Shown here piece after piece: positions 56,245 to 64,000 of a stretch of 64,000 nt of DNA. Location of the stretch: the NCBI GenBank assembly GCA_965243495.1, contig CBDEUZ010000007.1, positions 30,817 to 94,816 of the forward strand. The letters run 5' to 3'. Positions within the stretch are counted from its first letter, which is position 1. The number at the start of each line of letters is the position of its first letter. This DNA comes from Dehalococcoidia bacterium (GTDB lineage: Bacteria; Chloroflexota; Dehalococcoidia; UBA6926). The translations under genes were made by a program, and so were the position numbers. Under the pieces are notes generated by a model. It ran no database searches. It saw only the letters and a list, made by a program, of their open reading frames with translations, and was not told the DNA's origin.

Positions 56245-56870
56245 GCGTTTCCTTCCGCCTGCCGTGAGTCGGCCATTTCAGCGATGATTTCCCGGGCAAT
56301 GCTTGCCGCACGACCGCGATGGCTGAGTGCGTTCTTTGTTTCTGAATCCAATTCGGCTACCGTCTTCCCATACTCCCGGACAACGAATACCGGATCATAT
56401 CCGAATCCATTCGTCCCTCTTGGAGATTGTCCAATTATACCCCGCAGTTCTCCCTTCGCCATGCGAACGGTGTCGTTATCCGGTTCCGCGATGACGATAA
56501 CGCAGCGGAACGCCGCATCCCGCTCTCCGTCTGGCACGTCCGCGAGGTTGCGTAGCAAGAGTTCCACGCGATCCTCGTCCGTCTTTGCATCGGGAGCACC
56601 GTAGCGTGCGCTGCGTACCCCCGGCTCACCGCCAAGCGCGTCCACAAACAGGCCCGAGTCATCGGCAAGCGTCAGAACCCCGCTCGCGTTCGCATATGCC
56701 TGCGCCTTGATCAGCGCGTTCTCCTCTAGCGTTTCACCGGTCTCATCGACCTCCATGTCAAGGCCGACCTCAGAGGGTATCACAATCTCAACGGGCAGCC
56801 CGTCCAGCAACTCCCGGAACTCCCCTACCTTGCCGGGATTCCCCGTGCCAACAAGAAGTCTCATGGACAA
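56241..56870 (-). CDS. rdgB: XTP/dITP diphosphatase
   Basis: [38 protein letters not shown]. Confidence 0.95.
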   Translation of the reverse strand: MSMRLLVGTGNPGKVGEFRELLDGLPVEIVIPSEVGLDMEVDETGETLEENALIKAQAYANASGVLTLADDSGLFVDALGGEPGVRSARYGAPDAKTDEDRVELLLRNLADVPDGERDAAFRCVIVIAEPDNDTVRMAKGELRGIIGQSPRGTNGFGYDPVFVVREYGKTVAELDSETKNALSHRGRAASIAREIIAEMADSRQAEGNA

Positions 56871-56878
56871 CCCTACCC

Positions 56879-56903
56879 GTCATTCCCTCACAAGCGGGAA
56901 TCC
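56879..56903. repeat. REP/dRS3-like palindrome
   Basis: gtcattccctcacaagcgggaatcc. Confidence 0.5.
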
Positions 56904-56985
56904 TGAATAGCAACACTGGCTGCCGGCGTCTGAACGCGGAACTCCGACCAAACAGGCCAAGAAATGCTGTTCGCGAACCGAGAAA

Positions 56986-58128
56986 TTACTCCGCTCTGAT
57001 CGCGAAGCGATCCTCCAGTCCAGTCACGATGTCCCGGAATCCGCCGTATTCCAACTCCGTGTACGGCAGCATCGCCGGGCCCGACCATCCCTGGTCGCGC
57101 ATGTACAAGGCCTTCTCCTGCGCCTTGTTTCGAACGAGATCCCACGCCGGATTGTCAAAGAAATCGACAAAGTTGGCGGAGAACTTACCCTCAGCATTCA
57201 TCGAGAAGCCGAGCGACTCGACAATCGGCAGGCAGTATGGCCCGGTGACCGGCGTATTCATCGGCACCGGCATCAACGGCATGTTGTGGGAACCACGCGC
57301 ATCACCACCGATGTAATGCGCCTTGGTAAATGTTGAAAGGACCTCTTCTGGCGCCGGGAAGATGCCCTGGTTCCGCACGATGGCGATCGGATCATCCTTG
57401 CCTGTATATGTTCCCGCGATGTTGTGCAACCGCTGCGCGGAAACCGCCACCGCCTCTTGGTCGCCATGCGTCCGTGATGTGATGCTCTCAATGCCGAAGC
57501 GCTCGTTGTCACGCAGCAGCACCGTGATCTGGTAGTAGTCGTCCGGCGCGTGGAGTGTCAGGATGCTGTCACCGCCCGTGTTGTTCATATCGATGATGTT
57601 GAAATCAAAGCCCTGGATCATTTGCGGCAGCATCAGGCCTGCGCAGTACATCGGGTCGGCGAAACCGAGGAATAGCGGCAGGTTGTAGGCGCCCGGCCCG
57701 CACTTGTCCGCCGCAAAGATCATGAACGACTCTGCACGACGCGCGCTGTTGGAACTCACCGGCTCATGCTCGAATTCCACCTCAGCCACACCGGGTCCGG
57801 CGCCGCGCACGTTTCCGGAGGGAGCGTCCACCAACAGGTCCTGCCCTGCCCCATAGAGGCCATACTCTTGGGCGATGGCTGTCGCCGCAATAAAGCTGTC
57901 CCATGCGAACTGGTGAATCTCCGTGTCATCCTTGCCGCGCGTATGGGACATGATGATGGCGATGTCATCGCCCACGTGAAACACGTAGCCATCGATAAGC
58001 AGCCCTCGTTCGATCGCGGCCTGCACCTCAGAGCGCACCTTGTCGAGCATCTCTTCAGTCGGCCTTGTGTGGCCACCGATGGATCCAACGTCCGCCTTGA
58101 TGGCTGAAAGTGTCACGCGCATGGTCAT
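56986..58128 (-). CDS. fbp: Bifunctional fructose-1,6-bisphosphate aldolase/phosphatase (class V)
   Basis: IKADVGSIGGH, GLYGAGQDLL, GNVRGAGP, ADKC, YTGKDDP (Schiff-base Lys), ELEY. Confidence 0.94.
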   Translation of the reverse strand: MTMRVTLSAIKADVGSIGGHTRPTEEMLDKVRSEVQAAIERGLLIDGYVFHVGDDIAIIMSHTRGKDDTEIHQFAWDSFIAATAIAQEYGLYGAGQDLLVDAPSGNVRGAGPGVAEVEFEHEPVSSNSARRAESFMIFAADKCGPGAYNLPLFLGFADPMYCAGLMLPQMIQGFDFNIIDMNNTGGDSILTLHAPDDYYQITVLLRDNERFGIESITSRTHGDQEAVAVSAQRLHNIAGTYTGKDDPIAIVRNQGIFPAPEEVLSTFTKAHYIGGDARGSHNMPLMPVPMNTPVTGPYCLPIVESLGFSMNAEGKFSANFVDFFDNPAWDLVRNKAQEKALYMRDQGWSGPAMLPYTELEYGGFRDIVTGLEDRFAIRAE

Positions 58129-58381
58129 TCCCCCTGTGTTTCGTGACTGTTCCCGGCACGCGGCGCTGCTCCTGATTCAGGGCGGCACACGTTGCGGAAC
58201 GGTACAATATCCCCCACGTGATGGGCTTACCCAAACCCGATTCACCCTACCAGTCGCGCGCGAACCATGTCAAAGCCGACGTACTACGCCGCCACGCCGT
58301 CAACTTGACATCGGACTCACCAAAAATCTAGGCTTAGTCGGCTTTACGCAGGAGAATCCACAGAGGTGGGAGGGGAAGCAA

Positions 58382-59230
58382 ATGCCTGAACTGCTATATG
58401 AGAAGAATGAGGCGGAACACTACGCCACATTTACCATGAATCGCCCGGATCGGCTGAACGCCATGGGCGGAAGCATGAACGAGGAGCTCCAGATTGCGCT
58501 CCACGATTTCAACAACGACCGCAACATGTGGGTCGGCATTGTGACGGGCAATGGCCGCGCATTCTCAGCAGGCGCCGACCTGCGAGAAATGTCGGATCGA
58601 AACACCCGCACAGCCGAGGTCAATGAGGCGTTCGACAAGGGTGAAATCGACGCAGAAGAGCGGGCACGTCGCCTGTTCCAGATTTCCGGAGGCGGCGGAG
58701 CTGGCCCCACGGGCTCACTCTTCCAGTTCGCCCGCTCACCCAAGCCCTTCATCGCGGCCATCAACGGTTTGGCTGTCGGCGGCGGCACTGAGCGCGCAAT
58801 CGACTGCGATATTCGCATCATCTCGACCGAGGCCTACATGGGCTTGTTCGAGGTCAAGCGCGGAATCATGCCCGGCTCCGGCATGCACCTCATGCCGCGG
58901 CTGGTTCCCGTCGGTGAGGCCATGTACATCGGCCTGACGGCGGACCGCATCTCGCCGCAAGAGTGTCTGCGCATCGGCCTCGTGCATGAGGTTTGTGAGC
59001 CGGATCAACTCCTGCCACGGGCCGTTGAAATCGCCAAGATGATCTCGGAAAACGCACCCATCGCCGTCCAGGGCGTCAAGGCCGTTGCCCAGTTCTGGCG
59101 CAACCTGGTCATTGACGAGCACTACCAGTTCAGTGGCTGGGTCAACAGGATCGTCGGCGGTTCCGAGGACTCCAAGGAGGGTCCGCTCGCCTTCGCAGAG
59201 AAGCGGGCGCCCAACTGGCAGAACCGGTAG
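58382..59230 (+). CDS. Enoyl-CoA hydratase/isomerase family
   Basis: MNRPDRLNA, AFSAGADL, AVGGGTE, FEVKRG, EG..AFAEKR.P.W. Confidence 0.92.
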   Translation: MPELLYEKNEAEHYATFTMNRPDRLNAMGGSMNEELQIALHDFNNDRNMWVGIVTGNGRAFSAGADLREMSDRNTRTAEVNEAFDKGEIDAEERARRLFQISGGGGAGPTGSLFQFARSPKPFIAAINGLAVGGGTERAIDCDIRIISTEAYMGLFEVKRGIMPGSGMHLMPRLVPVGEAMYIGLTADRISPQECLRIGLVHEVCEPDQLLPRAVEIAKMISENAPIAVQGVKAVAQFWRNLVIDEHYQFSGWVNRIVGGSEDSKEGPLAFAEKRAPNWQNR

Positions 59231-59256
59231 ATTCCGCGTTCCACAAGGAACCCACG

Positions 59257-59294
59257 GGCGGGGCGGCACAATGTGCCGCCCCGCCTTCGCTTTT
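59257..59294 (+). terminator. Rho-independent terminator
   Basis: GGCGGGGCGGCAC-AAT-GTGCCGCCCCGCC then TTCGCTTTT. Confidence 0.8.
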
Positions 59295-59436
59295 GTCCCA
59301 CTGCCCCACTCGATTGTTACAATGGTGCAGTCGTACAGGGCAGCAGAGATTGGTAATCATGGCGTCAACATCAAGACAGCGTCGCGGGATAGAGCCTACT
59401 GCGCCGAAAAAGCAAGCGTCGCAGGAGGAACAACAC

Positions 59437-59790
59437 GTGGGGGTTTTCTACTCCGAACTCACTGTCCAAAACGAGGACGGAGACCGCTCTCTGGAGCTTG
59501 AGGCTATGGTGGATACCGGGGCCAGTTTCACGATCATTCCATCTATCCTGCTGCAGTCCATTGGCATCCAACCGCATCGTTCAGTTTCAATGAGGCTCGC
59601 TGATGGCCGTCCGGTCGAATACCCGCTGGGGCGAGCGTGGATAACACTGCAAGGTGCAAGAGAGATTGCCCTCGTGGCATTCGGGGACGATAACGCTCAA
59701 CCTCTATTGGGCGCTCACACCCTTGAAAGTTTCGCTCTGGCCGCGGATCCATACAACGGGCGGCTTGTGCCGGCCAATCTGTGGGCATGA
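59437..59790 (+). CDS. Retropepsin-like (clan AA) aspartyl protease
   Basis: AMVDTGAS and LLGAHTLE flap motifs; AGGAGG SD before GTG 59437. Confidence 0.85.
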   Translation: MGVFYSELTVQNEDGDRSLELEAMVDTGASFTIIPSILLQSIGIQPHRSVSMRLADGRPVEYPLGRAWITLQGAREIALVAFGDDNAQPLLGAHTLESFALAADPYNGRLVPANLWA

Positions 59791-59806
59791 AGCAGGAACT
59801 ACTGCT

Positions 59807-61036
59807 ATGACCTACGCAACAGCGCTCAGGTGCAAGGAATGTTCGCGGGAAACTGAGCTCCTGCCCGTCAACGTCTGTGACTTCTGTTTCGGGCCGCTTG
59901 AGGTTCAGTATGACTATGACGCAATAGCCCGCGTCATGTCCCGCGAGTCCATCAAGAGCGGGCCTCCCTCCATGTGGCGATACGCGGAACTCCTGCCTGC
60001 CGATCCAGAGAATCGTGTCGACATCAATGCCGGCCTCACTCCCCTCGTCAAAGCAGATCGGCTCGGTAAGGCGCTTGGACTCAACGAGCTCTATCTCAAG
60101 AACGACTGCGTCAACCCGACCTATTCCTTCAAGGACCGTGTCGTTTCGGTTGCTGCTACTGCCGCGCGCGACTTCGGATTTGACACGCTCGCCTGCGCCT
60201 CTACAGGCAACCTCGCCGGCTCCGTTGCTGCTCACGCCGCGCGTGCCGGAATCAGATGCTACGTCTTCATTCCTGCCGATCTCGAACTCGGCAAGGTCGT
60301 GGGGGCGGCCATCTACGGCCCTACCCTCGTTGCCGTCAATGGCAGCTATGACGACGTTAACCGCCTCTGCTCGGAGATCGCGGACCGCTACGGCTGGGCA
60401 TTCGTCAACATCAACGTGCGCCCCTACTATTCGGAGGGTTCCAAGACGCTGGGGTATGAGGCGGCAGAACAACTCGGCTGGCACGCGCCGGATCACGCAA
60501 TCGTTCCTGCCGCGTCCGGCTCCATGTTCACCAAGATCTGGAAGGGCCTAAACGAGCTTCACGACATCGGCATCATCAGCAAGCCAAAAACGAAGATGCA
60601 CATCGCCCAGGCGGAAGGCTCATCGCCCATCGTCTCCGCCTATGACGCCGGCATCAAAGACATTCGTCCCGTCCGGCCCGATACCGTTGCCAAGTCGCTT
60701 GCCATCGGCAATCCCGCTGACGGCTACTACGCGCTCAAGGTTATCGAGGAAAGCGACGGCACCGGCCATGCCGTCTCGGATGAGGAGATCGTCGATTCCA
60801 TGAAGCTCCTCGCCCAGACGGAGGGCATCTTTGCCGAGACGGCCGGTGGCGTGACCATCGGCGTTCTCCGCAAGCTGGCCGCCAAGGGTCTCATCGGAAA
60901 GGATGAGGTGACCGTCGCCTATATCACCGGAAACGGACTCAAGACGCAGGAGGCCGTACAGGACGTGGCGCAAACCGTGAACATCAATGCCTCGCTGCGC
61001 GACTTTGAGGACGCCCTTAAGGCCGAGGACGCCTGA
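59807..61036 (+). CDS. thrC: Threonine synthase-family PLP enzyme (short form with N-terminal Cys4 site)
   Basis: CKEC..CDFC; NPTYSFKDR (PLP Lys), CASTGN, EGSKT, SGSMF, TGNGLK. Confidence 0.88.
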   Translation: MTYATALRCKECSRETELLPVNVCDFCFGPLEVQYDYDAIARVMSRESIKSGPPSMWRYAELLPADPENRVDINAGLTPLVKADRLGKALGLNELYLKNDCVNPTYSFKDRVVSVAATAARDFGFDTLACASTGNLAGSVAAHAARAGIRCYVFIPADLELGKVVGAAIYGPTLVAVNGSYDDVNRLCSEIADRYGWAFVNINVRPYYSEGSKTLGYEAAEQLGWHAPDHAIVPAASGSMFTKIWKGLNELHDIGIISKPKTKMHIAQAEGSSPIVSAYDAGIKDIRPVRPDTVAKSLAIGNPADGYYALKVIEESDGTGHAVSDEEIVDSMKLLAQTEGIFAETAGGVTIGVLRKLAAKGLIGKDEVTVAYITGNGLKTQEAVQDVAQTVNINASLRDFEDALKAEDA

Positions 61037-61094
61037 TCGCGTCCCGCTGGATTCATAACCAAGCCGGAATAACCGGGAAATAACGGGGGGAACA

Positions 61095-61337
61095 ATGGCC
61101 AAAGCTCGTGTCCGTTTCACGTTCGCGTCAGAACTTATCCAAGAGCCCATCATCTGGTCTCTCGGACGTGAATTTGAGCTGGTCACAAACATCCGCCGCG
61201 CCAACGTTGAAGAAGATCAAGGCTGGGTCGTCCTTGAACTCGAGGGCGCTCAGGAAGAGATTGACCGCGGCATGGAATGGATCAAGGAAAAGGGCGTCCG
61301 CATCGACCCCGTTCCTGGAGACGTCATCGACGGGTAA
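61095..61337 (+). CDS. Stand-alone NIL domain protein
   Basis: EPIIWSLGREFELVTNIRRANV...GWVVLELEG. Confidence 0.88.
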   Translation: MAKARVRFTFASELIQEPIIWSLGREFELVTNIRRANVEEDQGWVVLELEGAQEEIDRGMEWIKEKGVRIDPVPGDVIDG

Positions 61338-61436
61338 AGCGTAGCTTCCTCCCGTACTTCGGGAATTGGAGTGCTTCCATACATTCGCGGCAGCAATTGT
61401 GCTGACAAAAGGCACACATTGTGACACTATTGATAT

Positions 61437-61724
61437 ATGGATCTGGTCTTTGAATGGAGCCCCGAGAAAGATCAGCAGCTAATTGAGCAGATAGGGGTAT
61501 CATTTGCCGACGTGGTGGAATCCATTGTCCGGGATGGCCCAGTTGATACGTATGTCCACCCCAATCAGAGGCGCTATCCGGGCCAAAGCGTGTACGTCGT
61601 AGATATACGTGATTATTTGTATCTGGTCCCATTTGTGGAGCAGGACGAAGGAAGAAGGTTCCTCAAGACAATAATCCCGAATCAGAGAGCCATGCGGAGA
61701 TATGGCAGAAGGAGTCAGCCATGA
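61437..61724 (+). CDS. BrnT-like type II toxin
   Basis: FEWSPEK, GVSF, HPNQRRYPGQ, YLVPFVE, FLKTIIP. Confidence 0.8.
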   Translation: MDLVFEWSPEKDQQLIEQIGVSFADVVESIVRDGPVDTYVHPNQRRYPGQSVYVVDIRDYLYLVPFVEQDEGRRFLKTIIPNQRAMRRYGRRSQP

Positions 61725-61996
61725 AGTATCGACTGGATGAGGAAGAGCAGGAAATCCTTGAGGCTTATGAGCGCGGCGAACTAAAGAGAGTCGCTGACCC
61801 TGAGAAGGAATTCGCGCTCGCCAAGCTAGCGGCACGCAATACACTGAAGAAATCCAAGCGAGTGACACTGCGTGTCACCGAACACGACTTCAACGTGGCT
61901 CACATTCGCGCTATGGAGGAGGGAATGCCTTATCAGACGCTGCTGTCCAGCGTCATCCATAAGTACCTTTCAGGCCGCCTGGTCGAGAAGGATTAG
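61721..61996 (+). CDS. CopG/BrnA-like antitoxin
   Basis: LDEEEQEIL acidic N-terminus; RVTLRV...EEGMPYQTLLSSVIHKY RHH domain; ATGA overlap with the toxin. Confidence 0.82.
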   Translation: MKYRLDEEEQEILEAYERGELKRVADPEKEFALAKLAARNTLKKSKRVTLRVTEHDFNVAHIRAMEEGMPYQTLLSSVIHKYLSGRLVEKD

Positions 61997-62113
61997 AATC
62001 CACGCATCCGGACTGACGGAGACGCTCCTGCTTCGTTCCGCTATAGTTATATGAAAGCGCCTGCCTAAAGGCCGCTGTTACATCTGAACCACAAACAGAA
62101 TCAAAGGAGCCAG

Positions 62114-62395
62114 TTGTCTATGCCGGTCACAGTCAAGATTCCCACGCCCCTGAGGCGCGTGACGGATGGCGTTGATGAGATTGAAGCCAGCAGTGATCGG
62201 CTAGACGGCGCGCTTGCGGTTCTCAACGAGCGCTTCCCCGGCATCAAGGAGCGCCTCTTCAATGATGAGGGCGAGCTTCATCGCTTCGTCAACATCTACG
62301 TCAACGGCGAGGATGTCCGGTTTCTCAGCGGCCTTGAAACGCCCCTCAAGGAAGGCGATGAGGTCAGCATCGTCCCCGCCGTCGCCGGCGGCTAA
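62114..62395 (+). CDS. MoaD/ThiS/CysO-family ubiquitin-like sulfur carrier
   Basis: VKIPTPLR, FVNIYVNGEDVRF, C-terminal VAGG. Confidence 0.92.
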   Translation: MSMPVTVKIPTPLRRVTDGVDEIEASSDRLDGALAVLNERFPGIKERLFNDEGELHRFVNIYVNGEDVRFLSGLETPLKEGDEVSIVPAVAGG

Positions 62396-62415
62396 TCCTC
62401 ACTACCCCACCGAAT

Positions 62416-63651
62416 CTAGTCCAACCCCGAATCCGACTCCCATTCTTCCGGCATCTCCGTCTGCTCGCGCGCCTGCTGTGATCTCAGCCACAGGCCGCGT
62501 TGCTCTTCCCGCGCCGCTTCGTCACTTGGCGTATATGCGGCATGAAAATCCCGCCTGAACTGTTCATACGTGCCCGCTGCGATAGCAGCACGTGCGTCAT
62601 CGAACAGGCGATGGATGAAGCGCAGATTGTGGATGCTCGCCAGGCGATATGCCAGCAGCTCCTTCGCCTTGAACAGGTGCTGTAGATAGGCGGCAGAGTG
62701 CGTCACGCACATCGCGCAGTCACATCCTTCCATCACCGGCCCCAACTCATTTGTGAAACGCGCGTTGAGGATGTCCACCCGACCCTGCGGTGTGTAAAAG
62801 GCGCCATTCCGCGCAACCCGTGTCGGCAGCGCGCAGTCGAACGTGTCAATGCCCCGCGCCACTCCCTCCACGATGTCTTCCGGCGACCCGACACCCAGCA
62901 GGTGACGCGGCTTGTACGCTGGCAGCAGAGGCATAGAGACATCCACCATCTCCCACATCACCTTTTTCGGCTCGCCGAGGCTCAAGCCGCCAATGGCGAT
63001 CCCTTGCGTCCCGTCTAACCCTGCGATAAACCGTGACGACTCTTCCCTAAGGTCAGCTTCGGTTCCGCCCTGCGCGATTCCGTAGAGCAGACCAGTCTCC
63101 GGACGATGAGCGCGCGCCGAGCGCTCGGCCCACAGGTGCGTTCGCGCCATCGCCCGCTTTACACCATCCCGCTCTACCCCGTAGTTCAGAGGCTGATCCA
63201 GGCACATGATCATGTCCGCGCCGAGCCGCTCCTGCAGCGCCACGGCGGATTCCGGTGACAGGTGGAACTGAGTCCCATCGATGTGCGAAAGAAATGTGAC
63301 CGCCTCGTCCGAGACACGCAAGCGGTGCGCGAGCGAAGTCATTTGGAAACCGCCGGAGTCGGTCGCGATTGGACGATTCCACCCCATGAATCCATGCAGC
63401 CCGCCCGCTTGCTCAATCAGGTCCACACCCGGCCTGAGAGCAAGGTGATAGGCGTTGCAGATAACAACCTGCCCACCCAGTGCCGCCACGTCAGACGGAG
63501 ACAGCGCCTTGACGCTCCCTTGCGTGGCAACTGGCAGGAATGCGGGAGTCTGAATCTCTCCGTGCGGCGTGACGAGGATGCCGGTTCGCGGTCCCGGCGC
63601 AGCGCCGTCTTTAGGGTTCGTCACACGGAAATACGGAACGGCAGTCGTCAT
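62416..63651 (-). CDS. tgt: tRNA-guanine transglycosylase
   Basis: TPAFLPVAT, TDSGGFQ, QGG, HLLGVG, GIDTFDC..PTR.AR, CDC.MC...H zinc site. Confidence 0.95.
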   Translation of the reverse strand: MTTAVPYFRVTNPKDGAAPGPRTGILVTPHGEIQTPAFLPVATQGSVKALSPSDVAALGGQVVICNAYHLALRPGVDLIEQAGGLHGFMGWNRPIATDSGGFQMTSLAHRLRVSDEAVTFLSHIDGTQFHLSPESAVALQERLGADMIMCLDQPLNYGVERDGVKRAMARTHLWAERSARAHRPETGLLYGIAQGGTEADLREESSRFIAGLDGTQGIAIGGLSLGEPKKVMWEMVDVSMPLLPAYKPRHLLGVGSPEDIVEGVARGIDTFDCALPTRVARNGAFYTPQGRVDILNARFTNELGPVMEGCDCAMCVTHSAAYLQHLFKAKELLAYRLASIHNLRFIHRLFDDARAAIAAGTYEQFRRDFHAAYTPSDEAAREEQRGLWLRSQQAREQTEMPEEWESDSGLD

Positions 63652-63682
63652 GCGGTCACGCGGGCCATTGACCGGAGGAACC

Positions 63683-64000
63683 TCACTGAATGGCGGTCAG
63701 GGCTGTTGTAATCAGCAGAGCAGTGAACACTCCGCACAGCAGACTGTACGATGCCGTCTTGAATCGTCGGCGTTGAATTGCAGGACTCAGGGACGCCCGC
63801 TCCAACTGCATAGTCCCCCAGACGTTGTAAAGCGCGAATACTCCTGCCATGGCCCAGTACACGGGTCCCTGCTCCGCCGCGAAGCCCATCGCCACCACTA
63901 AAACAACCAGCAACAGCGCCAGTGAAAGGAATAGCGGACGCGCACTTCTCCAGGCTGACCGAAGCGGAAAGATATCGACTCCCGCTTGCAGATAATCTGA
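63683..64000 (-). CDS. C-terminal part of a UbiA-superfamily prenyltransferase (heme O synthase-like), truncated by the window edge
   Basis: Frame open to the edge: SDYLQAGVDIFPLRSAWRSARPLFLSLALLLVVLV..., resembling CtaB DY..AG+P+LP+, then three TM segments. Confidence 0.45.
   Translation of the reverse strand, partial: SDYLQAGVDIFPLRSAWRSARPLFLSLALLLVVLVVAMGFAAEQGPVYWAMAGVFALYNVWGTMQLERASLSPAIQRRRFKTASYSLLCGVFTALLITTALTAIQ

Noticed and set aside
59790-59807. SAM/T-box riboswitch upstream of thrC
   Set aside because: Only 16 bp separate it from the upstream CDS, and no riboswitch motif was recognised upstream of the protease gene.

Overview
Fragment of a GC-rich bacterial chromosome. Gene content (11-subunit Nuo order without nuoEFG, class V FBP aldolase/phosphatase, ThyX, CoxL-like Mo enzymes, enoyl-CoA hydratase, SDR) suggests Chloroflexota/Dehalococcoidia, possibly SAR202-like; this is inference. 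Left to right: nuoA-M operon (minus strand, nuoM truncated by the window edge); orphan OppD; holA; a pseudokinase-PQQ fusion; ychF; a tightly packed minus-strand operon encoding a degenerate OPRT, an M20 carbamoylase, PyrK, PyrD, CoxG, CoxS, CoxL, CoxM and a second CoxL, preceded by pyrE and a 31/32-bp repeat array; a trypsin-like lipoprotein, amidohydrolase, atypical asparaginase and Pgi; three tRNAs (Leu-CAG, Arg-GCG, Val-TAC); an accessory region (secreted SwmB/Ig protein, stand-alone A-T-R NRPS-like reductase resembling fungal glycine betaine reductase, methyltransferase, PfkB, SDR, collagen-like lipoprotein, ERG4/ERG24 reductase, yjbQ-hpnCDE, DUF2236 oxygenase); then housekeeping genes (ABC exporter, GDPD, thyX, moaCA, rdgB, fbp, thrC-NIL-[TA]-MoaD, tgt). 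Best candidates for undescribed systems: (1) the Mo-hydroxylase/PyrDK/carbamoylase N-heterocycle operon with its repeat array and pseudo-OPRT, (2) the bacterial ATRR-like A-T-R reductase locus, (3) the ThrC-NIL-MoaD sulfur-carrier module, (4) the squalene/sterol-reductase/isoprenoid-oxygenase neighbourhood. All family assignments come from motif recognition by eye; no searches were run. Start codons were adjusted by hand where the ORF track start looked too far upstream.
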